Assembly (NCBI GenBank): GCA_965219445.1
Contig: CBDCNQ010000003.1
Span: 416,001-480,000, forward strand
Origin: Longimicrobiales bacterium
Lineage (GTDB): Bacteria > Gemmatimonadota > Gemmatimonadetes > Longimicrobiales > Gaopeijiaceae
Direction of reading: 5' to 3'
DNA length: 64,000 nt
The translations under genes were made by a program, and so were the position numbers. Shown one piece after another: positions 48,918-60,551 of this stretch (position 1 is the first letter of the stretch; the number at the start of each line of letters is the position of its first letter). The notes under the pieces are model-generated. The model saw nothing but the letters and a program-made list of their open reading frames with translations, had not been told where the DNA came from and searched no databases.

Positions 48918-49553
48918 TCAGCGGGGGGACACATCCGCCCACCCAGTCGATCCATTCTCACCTCGCTCGCCCCGCACAAATCGGTCTACAAAGAGGATAG
49001 TGGCGATGCTCTTAGCGTCCACGATCCGCCCGTCTCGGACCATTTCCAGCGCCTCCGAGAAAGCAACTCTCACCACTTCCATGAACTCGTCGGGGTCTCG
49101 TGAGGGTTCCCCCGACTCCAGATTCGTCGCTACAAAGAGCCGGATCACCTCGTCCGTAAAGCCGGGGGTCGTATAGATACGTGTGAGCGGGGTCATGCTG
49201 GCAGCGCGCATTCCGGTTTCCTCTTCGAGCTCCCGATGCGCGCATTCCTCCCAGCTCTCCTCGGGCCCCTCCGGCAAGCCGGCCGGGATTTCGTAAAGAT
49301 AGCCGGAGGAGGCGTACCGGTACTGCCGAACCAGAAGCACCTCCGGGTCCGGATCGAACAAGCCGCCCAAAAAGGGCAACACGGCTGAGGCGCCGGCATG
49401 CCGGATCATCTCGACTTGGCCCTCACTTCCATCCGGGAACCGAACCGTGTCCACACTCAGCCGAATGACCCGACCTTCGTAAAGGGCCTCGCTGTCGATC
49501 CGTTCAGGCGGGAGCGTGCTCAGGGAGCGGCCTCGACCGTAACCGGTCCCCAT
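48918..49553 (-). CDS. NUDIX hydrolase (ADP-ribose pyrophosphatase-like)
   Basis: LVRQYRY, EIPAG...AHRELEEETG, TPGFTDE, DAKS; start ATG 49553 or CTG 49523. Confidence 0.9.
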   Translation of the reverse strand: MGTGYGRGRSLSTLPPERIDSEALYEGRVIRLSVDTVRFPDGSEGQVEMIRHAGASAVLPFLGGLFDPDPEVLLVRQYRYASSGYLYEIPAGLPEGPEESWEECAHRELEEETGMRAASMTPLTRIYTTPGFTDEVIRLFVATNLESGEPSRDPDEFMEVVRVAFSEALEMVRDGRIVDAKSIATILFVDRFVRGERGENGSTGWADVSPR

Positions 49554-50881
49554 TCGAGTTTCTCCAGCGGTGCTTGGATCTCCCCGGCGTCTCCGCCGAC
49601 CACGATGGTCATCTCGTCCGGGCGGATACAGCGGCGGGCCGCCTCTCGAGCCTCTTCGAGCGTCACGTTACGAATCCGATCTCGATAATCTCCATAGTAG
49701 TCATCCGGTAGATCGTAAATGAGGAGCTCCGCAATCCGCGCCGCGATCTGACCGGTCGTTTCCAGCTGGAGAGGGAAAACTCCCGCAAGGTAATCTCGAG
49801 CAGCGGACACCTCCTCTTCCGTCGGCCCCTCCGCCACAAGAGTCGTGATCTCGGCGACGGCCTCGCGAACCGCGTCCGCGGTCACGTCGGTGCCCACCGC
49901 GGCGGAGACGCACCACGGTCCCGCTCCTCTCCGGACGAGGAAGCGAGAACGAACGCCATACGTAAAGCCATGCTCCTCGCGGAGGTTGAGATTGAGTCGG
50001 CTCGTAAACGCACCGCCGAGAACGGTATTGAGTACTCTGAGCGGGAAATAATACGGTGTGGATCGGGCCTGTCCCACGTGACCGATACGGATTTCGGATT
50101 GAACCGCATCCTCGCGGTCGACAACCACGATGCCCCGCTCGTGAGACCTGGGTTCAGCGTCGATCGGGGGTTGGAGTTCAGCCCCACCCGTCCATGCACC
50201 AAAGTGTGTCTCCCCGAGTGTGCGCACCTGACCGGCATCGACATCGCCTACGACGACCAACCCGGACCCTTTAGGTCGATACCGGGCCTCCACAAACCCT
50301 GCGGCGGCATCCGGATTGAACGGACCCACCGACTCCACCGTTCCTCCCAGCGGGCGCCCATACGGAACCCCCTCCGCGTAGGTGAGACGGCGTGACACGG
50401 TGGTAGCGATCCCGACCGGATCCATCTCCCTCTGGCGGATCGCCGCCAAACGTTGACCTCGGATCCGTTCCACCTCGTCGTCCGAGAAGGCGGGCTCAGT
50501 GAGTACTTCCGCGAGAAGCCCCATCGCATCATCCAGCCGGTCCGCCATGCACGACAGCGAAACGGTCGTGGAATCCCACCCGGTCCCGATGGAGAGCCCG
50601 GCTCCAATCGTCTCCAGCGCATCGGCCAGCTCCACCCCGCTCCGTTTCGCCGTACCACCCTCTAGGCAGTCCCCCGTCAGAACCGCGAGGCCGGCCCGGC
50701 TATTGTCGAGCATTCCCTCTCCGGCGTCCAAGACCACCATGGCCGCTACGATGGGTAGGCGAGCGACTTGCACGGAATGGATGCGAAGACCGTTATCCAA
50801 CACCTCGACATGGACCGGCGGAAAATCGAAGCTTCGAACGGGCCCAGCAGGCGGCACCACGGATCGGGATGGTCCGCTCAC
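49520..50881 (-). CDS. M16 peptidase, non-catalytic subunit
   Basis: LDNGL, no HxxEH, LGGAFTSRLNLNLREEHGFTYG. Confidence 0.9.
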   Translation of the reverse strand: MSGPSRSVVPPAGPVRSFDFPPVHVEVLDNGLRIHSVQVARLPIVAAMVVLDAGEGMLDNSRAGLAVLTGDCLEGGTAKRSGVELADALETIGAGLSIGTGWDSTTVSLSCMADRLDDAMGLLAEVLTEPAFSDDEVERIRGQRLAAIRQREMDPVGIATTVSRRLTYAEGVPYGRPLGGTVESVGPFNPDAAAGFVEARYRPKGSGLVVVGDVDAGQVRTLGETHFGAWTGGAELQPPIDAEPRSHERGIVVVDREDAVQSEIRIGHVGQARSTPYYFPLRVLNTVLGGAFTSRLNLNLREEHGFTYGVRSRFLVRRGAGPWCVSAAVGTDVTADAVREAVAEITTLVAEGPTEEEVSAARDYLAGVFPLQLETTGQIAARIAELLIYDLPDDYYGDYRDRIRNVTLEEAREAARRCIRPDEMTIVVGGDAGEIQAPLEKLEWGPVTVEAAP

Positions 50882-52170
50882 GACCCGCTCGGTGTCGGCG
50901 TTGTCGCTTTCTCAGGTACATACGTCAGGACCGCCCGATTATCGGCGCCGAGAAAACGCTCCGTAAACGTCGACACATCCCCAGGTGTCACCGCGCGAAG
51001 ACGTTCGAGTTCGCCGTTCAACCGCTCGGGGTCATCGAAGAGTTGATCGAACATCGACACCAGGTCAGCCCGTTCCCCCACCTGCTCAATCTGCCGTACG
51101 AGGGCAGTCTCCGTGAGCGCGACAGCCCGCTGGATCTCTATGTCGGTCACGGACGTGAGTCCTTCCATCTCTGCGACCAGGGCCGCCTCGAGCTCCTCCG
51201 GATCTCCCCCTGAAAGGCCGGTCGCCCATGCGAGCAACATCCCGGCACCGGAGGTGAGTGGAAGAACGAAACTCATGACGTCCTTGGCCAGACGCCGCTC
51301 ACGAACCAGAGAACGGTAAAGCCGGGACGACCGTCCGGTCCCGAGCACGGACCCCGCGACGTCAGCTGCATAGAAATCCCGGTCGGTATAAGCGGGAACG
51401 CGGCAGGCTATGAGAACGCGGGGGAGAGGAACCTCGGCTTCGACGCGCTCTCGCACCGTCACGCCGATGATAGGATCGAGATTCGGATCCCCCGGAACCG
51501 CTGGGATCTCGCCACCCGGTGCGATTCCCCCGAAGTGACGCTCGACGAGGTCCAGGGCTTCATCTCGACTGAAGTCCCCACACACGGTCAGAACCGCATT
51601 GTTGGGTACATAGTACGTCTGGAAAAACTCTGCGACATCGTCGAGGGTGGCGGCCTCGATGTCCGCCATTGATCCAATCACGGTGTGGTGGTAGGGGTGG
51701 GACTCTGGAAATACCATTGCCTGAATCCACTCGTCCCAGTCGCCATATGGCTGGTTGTCATAGCGCTGCCGTCTCTCGTTCATCACGACGTCGCGTTGAT
51801 TATCGAGTTTCTCTTGGGTCATCGCTGGAAGCATCCACCCCATGCGGTCGGACTCGAGCCACAGCGCGAGCTCCAAGTGATGCGAGGGGACGGTCTCGAA
51901 GTAGTTGGTCCGGTCGAACCAGGTGGTCGCGTTGAGTGAGCCTCCTGCCCTTTCGATCAACTCGAAGTGCCGGTTCTTGGGCACGTGCTCCGAGCCCTGG
52001 AACATCATGTGCTCGAACAGGTGAGCGAATCCGGTTTTGCTCTCACGCTCGTTTCGGGATCCCACACCATACCAGAGGTTGACGGCGACGACCGGAGTCG
52101 TGTCATCGTGGGAAAGGTTCACCCGGAGGCCGTTATCCAGCTTGAAACGCTCGATGGGGATGGACAGCAT
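50878..52170 (-). CDS. M16 zinc peptidase, catalytic subunit
   Basis: GFAHLFEHMMFQGS (HxxEH), DRTNYFE, WLESDRM. Confidence 0.93.
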   Translation of the reverse strand: MLSIPIERFKLDNGLRVNLSHDDTTPVVAVNLWYGVGSRNERESKTGFAHLFEHMMFQGSEHVPKNRHFELIERAGGSLNATTWFDRTNYFETVPSHHLELALWLESDRMGWMLPAMTQEKLDNQRDVVMNERRQRYDNQPYGDWDEWIQAMVFPESHPYHHTVIGSMADIEAATLDDVAEFFQTYYVPNNAVLTVCGDFSRDEALDLVERHFGGIAPGGEIPAVPGDPNLDPIIGVTVRERVEAEVPLPRVLIACRVPAYTDRDFYAADVAGSVLGTGRSSRLYRSLVRERRLAKDVMSFVLPLTSGAGMLLAWATGLSGGDPEELEAALVAEMEGLTSVTDIEIQRAVALTETALVRQIEQVGERADLVSMFDQLFDDPERLNGELERLRAVTPGDVSTFTERFLGADNRAVLTYVPEKATTPTPSGS

Positions 52171-52332
52171 GGTACTCACAAATGGCGGGGGCACGGGCCG
52201 GACCTACGGCGTGATCGCGCGTGCAAGTTAACGGACTCGGAGGGTGGCGCTACTCATGAGCACGGCGTTTGCAGGGAACGGCGAGGCTCCGCTTCAGCTG
52301 AAGAAGTTGTCCTGGGGAGGCCGGTCCGGCGC

Positions 52333-53175
52333 TCATGGGCGGGTCATGAGACGCTCACGAAACGCACTCGAAACAACCTCTTCGCCGAGGAACGCCCTCG
52401 ACGGTGCGGACCCCTCCTCCACACGGTCGAAGACGGCGTCTACCATGGGCAGGTCGCCGGCCATCGCTCTCAAACGGGCCCGTTCGACCATCTCGTACGC
52501 CCGATCGGGTTCGTTACACGCGGCGGCGGCCAGCGACGCCACCAGCGCGACTTCCACGTCCTCCGGCCGGAGATCCGCCGCATGGAGTAGATCCGCGAGG
52601 GCGTCGTCAGTGCGGCCTAGCATCACCAGCGTCAGGCCCACCAGGGCTCGGGCCCAGCCGTCCTCCGGATCCGCCTCGCAAGCCTGGTAGAAGGCGTCGA
52701 CGGCCTCGTCCAAGCGACCGGCCAAAGCGAGCGCCACACCCCACTCCGTCAACGTCTCCGGATCCTCCGGCGCCAACGCGATGGCTGCTTCGATCTCTTC
52801 GAGGGCCTCTTTGCTCATCCCCTCGCGTGCGAGATACGCGCCATACATGGTTCGGGCGTATGCCAGGTCCGGGTCCATCAGGGTCGCCGTCCGTAAAATC
52901 GACTCGGCCTCGGGGTCGTCGAAGCGGGCCAGCCCGTTCCCCGCTATGGCCAGGATGTGCGGGTCAGTCGGCTCGGTCGTCAGACAGGCTCGGAAGCGCT
53001 CGTAGGCGACCCCCTCCATGCCCATTTCACGCTCGGCCACCCCCAGCCAGCCCAGGACGGACGAATCCTCCGGGGAATCCTTTAGCAATGCTCGTAAATG
53101 TTCGGCCATGGCTGGCCAATCCCCCTCATCGCCGAGCTGGAGGGCTCGCTCTAGATCTGCCTCCGATGAGTTCAT
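52333..53175 (-). CDS. TPR protein
   Basis: Several TPR units (e.g. AIALAPEDPE..WGVALALAGR). Confidence 0.85.
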   Translation of the reverse strand: MNSSEADLERALQLGDEGDWPAMAEHLRALLKDSPEDSSVLGWLGVAEREMGMEGVAYERFRACLTTEPTDPHILAIAGNGLARFDDPEAESILRTATLMDPDLAYARTMYGAYLAREGMSKEALEEIEAAIALAPEDPETLTEWGVALALAGRLDEAVDAFYQACEADPEDGWARALVGLTLVMLGRTDDALADLLHAADLRPEDVEVALVASLAAAACNEPDRAYEMVERARLRAMAGDLPMVDAVFDRVEEGSAPSRAFLGEEVVSSAFRERLMTRP

Positions 53176-53205
53176 TCCAGCCCCTCCGTCGCTACAGACC
53201 GCCCA

Positions 53206-54426
53206 TCATGCCCCGTACTTGTCGAGGCGGGCGGCATGGGCGAGGGCCAAGGACATCAGATCCTTGCTCGGCACGACCCCGAGGTCCCCCCTCCGACAGG
53301 ACGACTCCCCGAACACTTCCGCCGAAGGTCGTGCCCAGCTTGAAGCGACCAGCGTCGGAACATGGTGCCACGTGTGCTCACCGTAGAGCGCCGGCGAGGA
53401 GTGGTCCCCAGTAACGATGAGCACGTCGGCACCGAGTTCCATGATCCGGGGGAGCAAGGCATCCACCTCTTCGATGGCGCTGACCTTCCCCTCGAAATCA
53501 CGGTCATGGGCCCGGGAGTCCGTGTCCTTGAAGTGGATGAAGTAGAAGTCGTAGCTGCCAAAGTGCTGCTCAAGCATCACGACGGTGCCTTCGTTCGAGT
53601 CAGGCACGCCGTCGACGGTCATGCCCACCAAGCTCGCCACGCCGCGATACATAGGGTACTTCGCAACGGCGACGGCCCGGAGGTCGTACCGCGTCTCGAA
53701 GGTGGGGTACGGTGTGAATCCGGCGAACCCGCGTGCGAGGAAGGAATTGGCCTGGGGCTCATCCACGAGGATCTCGCCAACCTGGTCGAGCACGTCCTGC
53801 ACGATGGCGGCAGTCTTCTTGGACGCCGGATCCGCCCCGGTGGCCGCCGCTCGAAGGGGCGGGAGGCCTGTTCGCTGCGGATCGGTGTCGGAGATACCAG
53901 CACCGAGACCCTCACTCCGGAGCACCAGGACCGCACGGTGCTCCTTTTCGTGAATGAGGGTCACTTCGACCCCTTGGGGAGTTCGAAGGCCGTCCCGGAC
54001 CACCTCGATCACGCGCCGCCCGTCCTCGTCCGACGGACGCCCGGCCCGGCGATCCGTCACGACTCCATCGTGGTCGACGGTAGCGATGTTGAGACGGGCG
54101 GCAACGTCCCCTGGCTGCAGCTCGAACCCGACCCCAAGCGCGCTGAGTACGCCCCTCCCGATCATGGATTCAATGGGATCGTACCCGAAGAGCGCGAGGT
54201 GTCCCGGCCCGCTTCCCGATGTGATTCCGTGCCCGACCGGAGCTAGCATGCCCAGGGAACTCCGTGCGGCGAGGGCGTCGAGGTGGGGGGTCTCGGCAGA
54301 TTCCAACTCGGTTCGGCCGGTGTCCGGATGCGGCAAGCCGCCCAGACCGTCCATGACAAGCATGATGATCGTTCCGCCACCAGCGCCGTGGACAGCGAGG
54401 TCGTCGGGGAGCGAGACGTGGGACAT
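53206..54426 (-). CDS. apgM: cofactor-independent phosphoglycerate mutase, archaeal type
   Basis: MDGLG, TELESAETP, GSGPGHLALFGYDP, GRGVL, HFKDTD..HD, TGDHSSP. Confidence 0.9.
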   Translation of the reverse strand: MSHVSLPDDLAVHGAGGGTIIMLVMDGLGGLPHPDTGRTELESAETPHLDALAARSSLGMLAPVGHGITSGSGPGHLALFGYDPIESMIGRGVLSALGVGFELQPGDVAARLNIATVDHDGVVTDRRAGRPSDEDGRRVIEVVRDGLRTPQGVEVTLIHEKEHRAVLVLRSEGLGAGISDTDPQRTGLPPLRAAATGADPASKKTAAIVQDVLDQVGEILVDEPQANSFLARGFAGFTPYPTFETRYDLRAVAVAKYPMYRGVASLVGMTVDGVPDSNEGTVVMLEQHFGSYDFYFIHFKDTDSRAHDRDFEGKVSAIEEVDALLPRIMELGADVLIVTGDHSSPALYGEHTWHHVPTLVASSWARPSAEVFGESSCRRGDLGVVPSKDLMSLALAHAARLDKYGA

Positions 54427-54573
54427 GACTTCATCCTGAGAAGTTTGTGAAGAGCCATCCTTCCGCGGAAAACATAGCGAGACCTTGGAGCCGATACGAT
54501 CCTTCAGGGTACCGCCTCTCTACGGCTTCGACTCACCCCTTACTCAGCCGGCAGACACCAGGAGGATCTGTAG

Positions 54574-55710
54574 GTGAAGTACCAACCCTTCGTAATGGAA
54601 AGATGGCAATCCACGTATGAGCACCGGGTTCGCTTCAACCTCTCGGAGAGTGGCGTACACCCACTTTCGGTCACCGAATTGCTTACGCTGGCGGACGTGG
54701 AAGCGGACGCACTCGACGTCCGCCTCGGATATGGCCAGACCAACGGCAGCGATGAGCTTCGAAATCTGATCGCACATCTCTATCCCGGCGCGACCGACGC
54801 GTCAGTGCTCGTGACCGCCGGTGGAGCCGAGGCCAACTTCACGGCGTTTTGGGAACTGATGCAGCCCGAGTCCTCAGTCGCGGTCATGCTTCCCAACTAC
54901 ATGCAGGTTCCAGGGCTACTCGAGAGCTTCGGGGCACGTATCCACCCGTTCCACTTGGTGGAAGAGAACGGCTGGCAACCCGACCTGAACGAGTTGGAGA
55001 AGGGCCTGAAGGAGGGCGCGCGCTTCATTCTGATCACCAATCCGAACAACCCCACGGGAGCCGTCCTCGATGACGTTTCCATGTCCGGGATTGTCGACCT
55101 TGCCAACCGACACGGGGCATGGATTCTCTCCGATGAGGTCTACCAAGGCGCCGAGCTCGAAGGTCCTGAGACTTCCTCGTTCTGGGGCCTTCACGATCGG
55201 GTCCTTATTACGAACTCGTTGTCAAAAGCCTATGGATTGCCTGGGCTTCGGATCGGCTGGGTGGTTGGGCCCTCCGAAACGATGGAGGCCCTGTGGGGCC
55301 GCAAGGATTACACGACAATCGTCCCCGCGAGCCTTTCGGACACGCTGGCCCGCGTGGCGCTGGAGGCCGATACCAGGTCCATGATTCTGGCGCGAACACG
55401 AAAAATTCTGACCGAGAATTTCGCCCTGTTGTCGAATTGGATGGATGGTCAGCAAGGCCGGTTCAGCTATCGGCCTCCCGACGCAGGCGCGATCTGCTAC
55501 ACGCGCTATCGCCCATCGATCAACTCCACCGAATTCGCAGAAGTCCTTCGCACAGAGAGGGACCTACTCGTGGTTCCCGGGGATCACTTCGGAATGGACA
55601 ATTACTTGCGACTGGGCTACGGCCCCCCGGCAACCGAACTGGAGCAGGCCCTGGAACGCATGACCACCGCGTTCGACGCCGTCGAGCACCCATCGAGGAG
55701 TATGACGTGA
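54574..55710 (+). CDS. class I/II PLP aminotransferase
   Basis: NLSESG, NPNNPTG, DEVY, SLSKAYGLPGLRIGW. Confidence 0.92.
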   Translation: MKYQPFVMERWQSTYEHRVRFNLSESGVHPLSVTELLTLADVEADALDVRLGYGQTNGSDELRNLIAHLYPGATDASVLVTAGGAEANFTAFWELMQPESSVAVMLPNYMQVPGLLESFGARIHPFHLVEENGWQPDLNELEKGLKEGARFILITNPNNPTGAVLDDVSMSGIVDLANRHGAWILSDEVYQGAELEGPETSSFWGLHDRVLITNSLSKAYGLPGLRIGWVVGPSETMEALWGRKDYTTIVPASLSDTLARVALEADTRSMILARTRKILTENFALLSNWMDGQQGRFSYRPPDAGAICYTRYRPSINSTEFAEVLRTERDLLVVPGDHFGMDNYLRLGYGPPATELEQALERMTTAFDAVEHPSRSMT

Positions 55711-57200
55711 GCCAGATCGATCCGGTTCACGACCTGGTGCTCCTGGTCCGTTCGGGACACCAGTTGCTTCACCTCGACACAGGAGAGGAGGAGCGGGCCT
55801 CCGCGCTCCTCCTCCACGTTGCGGACCGACTAGATCTGCCGCTATTCACCTGGACTCGTGTCCGGGGGCTGGGCAGAGTGGACCTCCCGGGAGCGGTGTA
55901 CGACACCGAGCATCCCGCGAAGGCCTTTCGCCATGTCGCGGCATCGGACCAGCCCGGGCTATACGTCTTCAAGGATCTCGCGCCCCACCTGGACCAAGAC
56001 GCTGTCCTGGCCGCTCAGATGAAGGAAGCCGCGGAGGTGCTTCGACGTGTCGGTGGAGCGATGATCGTGACTGGGCGAGGTGTTCCCTTCCCCGACGCGG
56101 TGGATCCGATGGTGACCGTCGTCACGATGCCGGGGCCAACGCCCGAGGAATACCAGAACCTGCTCTCCCAGATCGTCCGGGACGTGACTAAACGCCAGCA
56201 CGTCGACATGGCGCTGAGCAAGGAGGAAATCACACTTTTGGTTCGGCACCTGGCTGGGCTCACACTCATGGAATCGGAGAAGATCCTAACCAAAGCGATC
56301 ATCGAGGACGGAAAGCTCGCGGTAGAGGACATCCGCCACGTCATCGAAGCGAAGGTTGCCGTTGTCGAGAAAGACGGTCTGCTGGAGTATTACCCAGTGG
56401 AGGCGGCACTCTCGAACATTGCAGACCTCCGCAGCTTGAAGGCGTGGCTGGCGAAGCGGAAGGCCGTCGTCACGCAACCACAGCGAGCAGAGGAGTTTGG
56501 CCTGAGCTTTCCCCGCGGCATGCTCCTCCTGGGGGTGCCCGGTTGCGGAAAAAGCCTTTCAGCCAAGGCTGTGGCAGCCGAGTGGCAAATGCCGCTTCTC
56601 AAGCTCGACCCCTCGAATCTCTACAACAAGTACATCGGAGAGAGTGAGCGGAACTTCAAACGAGCCATGCGTACCGCCGAACAGATTGCTCCGGTGGTTC
56701 TCTGGATCGACGAGTTGGAGAAAGCGTTCGCGGCGGGGGGAAGCGAGGACGGCGGCGTCTCTCAACGAATCCTGGGAAGCTTTCTCACGTGGATGCAGGA
56801 CCGCGCCGGCGAAGTGTTCGTCGTGGCCACCGCCAACAACATCAGTCGGCTACCTGCCGAGTTTCTACGGAAGGGTCGCTTCGACGAGATTTTCTTCGTC
56901 GATCTCCCGAATGCGGCCACACGGGCGGAGATCTTTCAAATCCACCTGGAAAACCGCGGTAAGGACAGTGCGGCGTTCGACCTGGAGCAACTCAGTACCG
57001 CCACGCCTGGGTTCAGCGGCTCGGAGATCGAAGAGGTGGTGGTGTCCAGCCTGTACTCTGCATTTTCCGAGACCGGGGCGATCACGACCGAATCCCTGTT
57101 GAACGAGGCCGCCGGAACCGTGCCACTCTCGGTGACCCGAGCAGAGTACGTCGATGAGCTACGCTCGTGGGCCAGGGAAAGAGCCAGACCGGCTAACTAG
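55707..57200 (+). CDS. Ycf46-like AAA+ ATPase
   Basis: GTGA overlap; degenerate first AAA domain, [31 protein letters not shown]. Confidence 0.88.
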   Translation: MSQIDPVHDLVLLVRSGHQLLHLDTGEEERASALLLHVADRLDLPLFTWTRVRGLGRVDLPGAVYDTEHPAKAFRHVAASDQPGLYVFKDLAPHLDQDAVLAAQMKEAAEVLRRVGGAMIVTGRGVPFPDAVDPMVTVVTMPGPTPEEYQNLLSQIVRDVTKRQHVDMALSKEEITLLVRHLAGLTLMESEKILTKAIIEDGKLAVEDIRHVIEAKVAVVEKDGLLEYYPVEAALSNIADLRSLKAWLAKRKAVVTQPQRAEEFGLSFPRGMLLLGVPGCGKSLSAKAVAAEWQMPLLKLDPSNLYNKYIGESERNFKRAMRTAEQIAPVVLWIDELEKAFAAGGSEDGGVSQRILGSFLTWMQDRAGEVFVVATANNISRLPAEFLRKGRFDEIFFVDLPNAATRAEIFQIHLENRGKDSAAFDLEQLSTATPGFSGSEIEEVVVSSLYSAFSETGAITTESLLNEAAGTVPLSVTRAEYVDELRSWARERARPAN

Positions 57201-57858
57201 ACACGGGCTCGATGCAGGCCGGTACGTCGTTCGCCGGCGAGTTTACGAGCGTCGACACCGGATACGCCTCCAGGACACCCTTATACGGGTTGAGGAGGCT
57301 CAGCGCATCCGCGGTCGGTGTTTCGGTGTCGAGCCAGGCTTTCCGGTCGGCCATAGGCACAATGGCAGGCATTCGATGGTGGAGATGCCGGATCGCCTCG
57401 TTGGCGTCGACCGTGATGATGGCCATCGAATAGACCGGCTCCGATCCTCGAGGATGCCAGCGCTCCCATATACCAGCCACCGCCATCGGCTCACGGTCTG
57501 GAGAGTGAATCCAATACGGTACCTTGTGGTCACCCTCCTTCGCCCATTCGTAGAATCCGTCGGCGGGGACCAAGCAACGCCGCGCAACGGCCGCCTCCTT
57601 GAAGGAGGGCTTGTCTAACAAGCTCTCGGCTCTGGCGTTGATCATCGGCGAACCGGTGGCGGGAGGGTCGGCCCAGGCGGGCACGAGACCCCAGCGTAGT
57701 AATCCCAGCCTGGTGCCGCGCCTGTCGGAGGCAACGACCGGCACATCCTGTGAGGGGGCGATGTTGTAGCGTGCGCGGTAGTCGAACGTCACGGGGGGCA
57801 CGTCGAAGACCTCGACGAGGTGGTCCTCCGGCGTGGCCAGACTATACCGACCGCACAT
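57193..57858 (-). CDS. SOS response-associated peptidase (SRAP/YedK family)
   Basis: MCGRY, YNIAP, RWGLVP, INARAE, RRCLVPADGFYEW, HHRMP. Confidence 0.95.
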   Translation of the reverse strand: MCGRYSLATPEDHLVEVFDVPPVTFDYRARYNIAPSQDVPVVASDRRGTRLGLLRWGLVPAWADPPATGSPMINARAESLLDKPSFKEAAVARRCLVPADGFYEWAKEGDHKVPYWIHSPDREPMAVAGIWERWHPRGSEPVYSMAIITVDANEAIRHLHHRMPAIVPMADRKAWLDTETPTADALSLLNPYKGVLEAYPVSTLVNSPANDVPACIEPVSS

Positions 57859-57903
57859 GCTCGAACTCGGCCATCTGCCTCACGATTCGGGGACTGGAAG
57901 GAC

Positions 57904-57926
57904 GCTGTACTTCTTCAACTGCCTTC
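57904..57926. repeat. solo MITE end adjoining a stop codon
   Basis: GCTGTACTTCTTCAACTGCCTTC, reverse complement of the 1556 TIR with one mismatch. Confidence 0.72.
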
Positions 57927-59868
57927 AGCCCTTGGTTGACTCATCCGTCAACTGTCTTTCCAGTAATTCGTAGGCGATCGGCATGAAGTCCGCCTCGGTC
58001 ACGAGACCCACAAGCTTTTCACCCTTCAGCACGGGCAGACAGGACACACCCTTCGTCCGCATCAGGTCGATGGCCTCGAGCGTGGATGTCTCGGGCGCGA
58101 CGATCACGGGATCCCTCTCCATGATCGTCTTCACCGGAGTGGTTCTCTTGTCCCCCTCGCTCCCCATATCGGAGACCATGCGTAGGATGGACCGGTACGA
58201 TACGAGACCGACCAGCCGATGCTGATCATCCTCCACAGGCACGTGTTGGATCTGGTTCCGCTCCATCAAGAATGCCACCATTTCGAGCAATTCATCCTCC
58301 TGCACGGTGAAGAGCTGGGTCGTCATGTAGTGCTCCACCTTCACATAGTTCCGGGTCCAACCACCCGCCTCCTCCAGCCGGGCCAATGTCCACTCATGGC
58401 AGGGCTTTCGCCCCATCTGCCGGCTAGCGATCGCGGCCGTAAGTGCCGTCATTCGTTCAGAGCGGGTGCCCCTTTCCTCCATCTCCGACAGCGAGCGCAT
58501 CATCCAATCGGAGCCGGTGCCACAACTCGCCACCCGATCGTGAATGACACCGAGATACTTGTCGATTTCGGTCCGATCGATATGTGCCTCCAGACCCGCC
58601 CGGGCCAGCGGAATCAGAGTCTCGAGGATCAGTTCTGGCGCGCTCACCCGCTGCCCATCAACCCAGTGAAATCCGGCGTTGAGGCCCTGGCGCGCAGCGG
58701 TAAGAAAGTTGTACTTCACGTCGTCGAAGCTCAGCCTCTTCGTGATGTCCCCGAAATCGCCGTGCGTGCCGAGGACCAAGCCGATCCAGAACGCTGCATT
58801 TGCGACCTCGTCGAGCACTGTCGGGCCCGCAGGCAGCGCACGGCACTCGATGCGCAGATGCGGTTTCCCCTCTGAAATTCCATAGCAGGCCCGGTTCCAC
58901 CGATACACCGTGCCATTGTGCAACTGGAGCGCCTGTAGGCGAGGCATATCCCCGACTGCCAATTGCTCGAAGGGATCCTCCACCGTCTCCTGAGACAACA
59001 ACACCCTGAACTGGGCAATGTCCTCCTCGAACAGCTCCGTCACTGACTCCTTCACCCACCGGTCACCGAACCGAACCCGGGAGCTGAACTCACGAAGATG
59101 AACTGAAGTGCTTCGCGTATCGAGGGATTGGCGAAAGAGGGCAATCCGAGTCTCGGCCCAGAGACGCTTGCCGAACAGGATGGGCGAGTTCACGGCGGCT
59201 GCCAAGACCGGGCCGGTCATCGCCTGGGCAATGTTGTACATCGCCGCGAACTCAGCTGCGTCGACCTGAAGGTGGACCTGACAACTGCTGTTGCACGCCT
59301 CCAGCATCACGGAATCATGTTCGATCTGGAGTTCGTCATGCCCCTCGAGTTGGAGCCTGTACACCCCCCCTCGCATTCTCGTCAGCCTCTCGTTCAGGGC
59401 ATAATACCGCGGGATTGGAGTGATGTTGTCGAGCGTGAGGTCGGACTTACCGAGCGTCGGGAGGATCCCCGCGAGCACCACGTGGGCGTCAACCCCGCTC
59501 GCGGCCTCACGTACCATGTCCAAGAGTTCCTCGATGTTGACCTGGAGTGCGCTAAAGCAACCCTCGCCAAGCATCATGGGTTCGATATTCATCTCGAGGT
59601 TGAAGCGCGCCAACTCCGTGGTGAACGCCTCTCCGTCGAGCCGGTCGAGGACTTCCATGGCGACCGGTGCGGGGCGCCAAGCATGGTTGACCAGGAACAT
59701 CTCCTGCTCGCAGCCAAAGCGCCGGACACCGGACTCGATCAGACCCTCCTCCAACATTCGTTCGAGGGCTTGAAGGTCTTTTAGAAGTGCCTTTGTAAAG
59801 ATTCGGACCGAGCCCTCCCCCATCTCGGAAGCGACTGCCTGATTCTTCGGAGTCGGCTGCGGCGTCAT
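57925..59868 (-). CDS. glutamate--cysteine ligase (GCS2)-like protein with C-terminal CBS pair
   Basis: [40 protein letters not shown], then two CBS domains. Confidence 0.85.
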   Translation of the reverse strand: MTPQPTPKNQAVASEMGEGSVRIFTKALLKDLQALERMLEEGLIESGVRRFGCEQEMFLVNHAWRPAPVAMEVLDRLDGEAFTTELARFNLEMNIEPMMLGEGCFSALQVNIEELLDMVREAASGVDAHVVLAGILPTLGKSDLTLDNITPIPRYYALNERLTRMRGGVYRLQLEGHDELQIEHDSVMLEACNSSCQVHLQVDAAEFAAMYNIAQAMTGPVLAAAVNSPILFGKRLWAETRIALFRQSLDTRSTSVHLREFSSRVRFGDRWVKESVTELFEEDIAQFRVLLSQETVEDPFEQLAVGDMPRLQALQLHNGTVYRWNRACYGISEGKPHLRIECRALPAGPTVLDEVANAAFWIGLVLGTHGDFGDITKRLSFDDVKYNFLTAARQGLNAGFHWVDGQRVSAPELILETLIPLARAGLEAHIDRTEIDKYLGVIHDRVASCGTGSDWMMRSLSEMEERGTRSERMTALTAAIASRQMGRKPCHEWTLARLEEAGGWTRNYVKVEHYMTTQLFTVQEDELLEMVAFLMERNQIQHVPVEDDQHRLVGLVSYRSILRMVSDMGSEGDKRTTPVKTIMERDPVIVAPETSTLEAIDLMRTKGVSCLPVLKGEKLVGLVTEADFMPIAYELLERQLTDESTKG

Positions 59869-60551
59869 TCGATAAACGTCGCGATTTCCTCCAACGACTT
59901 CCTCCGGAGCTCCGGCACAGTTGCGTCGGGCGCGGGATAACCCACGACTAGGATCAGAAAGGGTCGCTCATTCTCCGGTCGTCCGAGTATCTCATTGAGG
60001 AACCCCATGGGCGAGGGCGTATGCGTCAAGGAGACGAGGCCTGCTTGGTGGATGGCGGTGATCAGCATCCCGGTAGCGATCCCCACGGATTCAGTCACGT
60101 AATAGTTCTTACTCTTATCGCCGCTCTCTTCGACCGCATAGCTCTCTCCGAAAACGACAATCAGATATGGGGCGCTTTCTAGAAACGGCTTCCTGTCATC
60201 GGTTTGGAGGGGCGCCAGAGCCTCCAACCAATCTTCGGGGGCACGGCCCCCATAGAACGCTTTCTCCTCCTCCTCGGCGGCCACGCGGATCGCCCGCTTG
60301 ATCTCCGGAGCGGACACGACCACGAAGCGCCATGGTTGCCGGTGGGCTCCGTTTGGCGCGGTTCCAGCGGCGAGTACGCACATCTCGATGATGTCTCGAG
60401 GCACCGGACGGTCGGAAAAATCGCGCACCGTACGTCGGCGCTGGGCCTCGTTCAGAAACGTGCTTGCACGCTCCCTCATTTCATCCGCGGGAAGCTCGAC
60501 GTAACCGGACAACGGAACGAGTCCCGAGCGTGTTTCCATCTCCTGGGTCAC
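59865..60551 (-). CDS. nitroreductase family, iodotyrosine deiodinase-like
   Basis: [68 protein letters not shown]. Confidence 0.88.
   Translation of the reverse strand: MTQEMETRSGLVPLSGYVELPADEMRERASTFLNEAQRRRTVRDFSDRPVPRDIIEMCVLAAGTAPNGAHRQPWRFVVVSAPEIKRAIRVAAEEEEKAFYGGRAPEDWLEALAPLQTDDRKPFLESAPYLIVVFGESYAVEESGDKSKNYYVTESVGIATGMLITAIHQAGLVSLTHTPSPMGFLNEILGRPENERPFLILVVGYPAPDATVPELRRKSLEEIATFIE

Noticed and set aside
55293..55706. N-terminal extension of the AAA ATPase
   Set aside because: Overlaps the aminotransferase; GTG at 55707 has an SD (GAGGAG) and a stop/start overlap
55707..57858. Anti-phage or prophage module (AAA ATPase plus SRAP)
   Set aside because: Genes are convergent, belong to different operons and have no nuclease, integrase or phage neighbours
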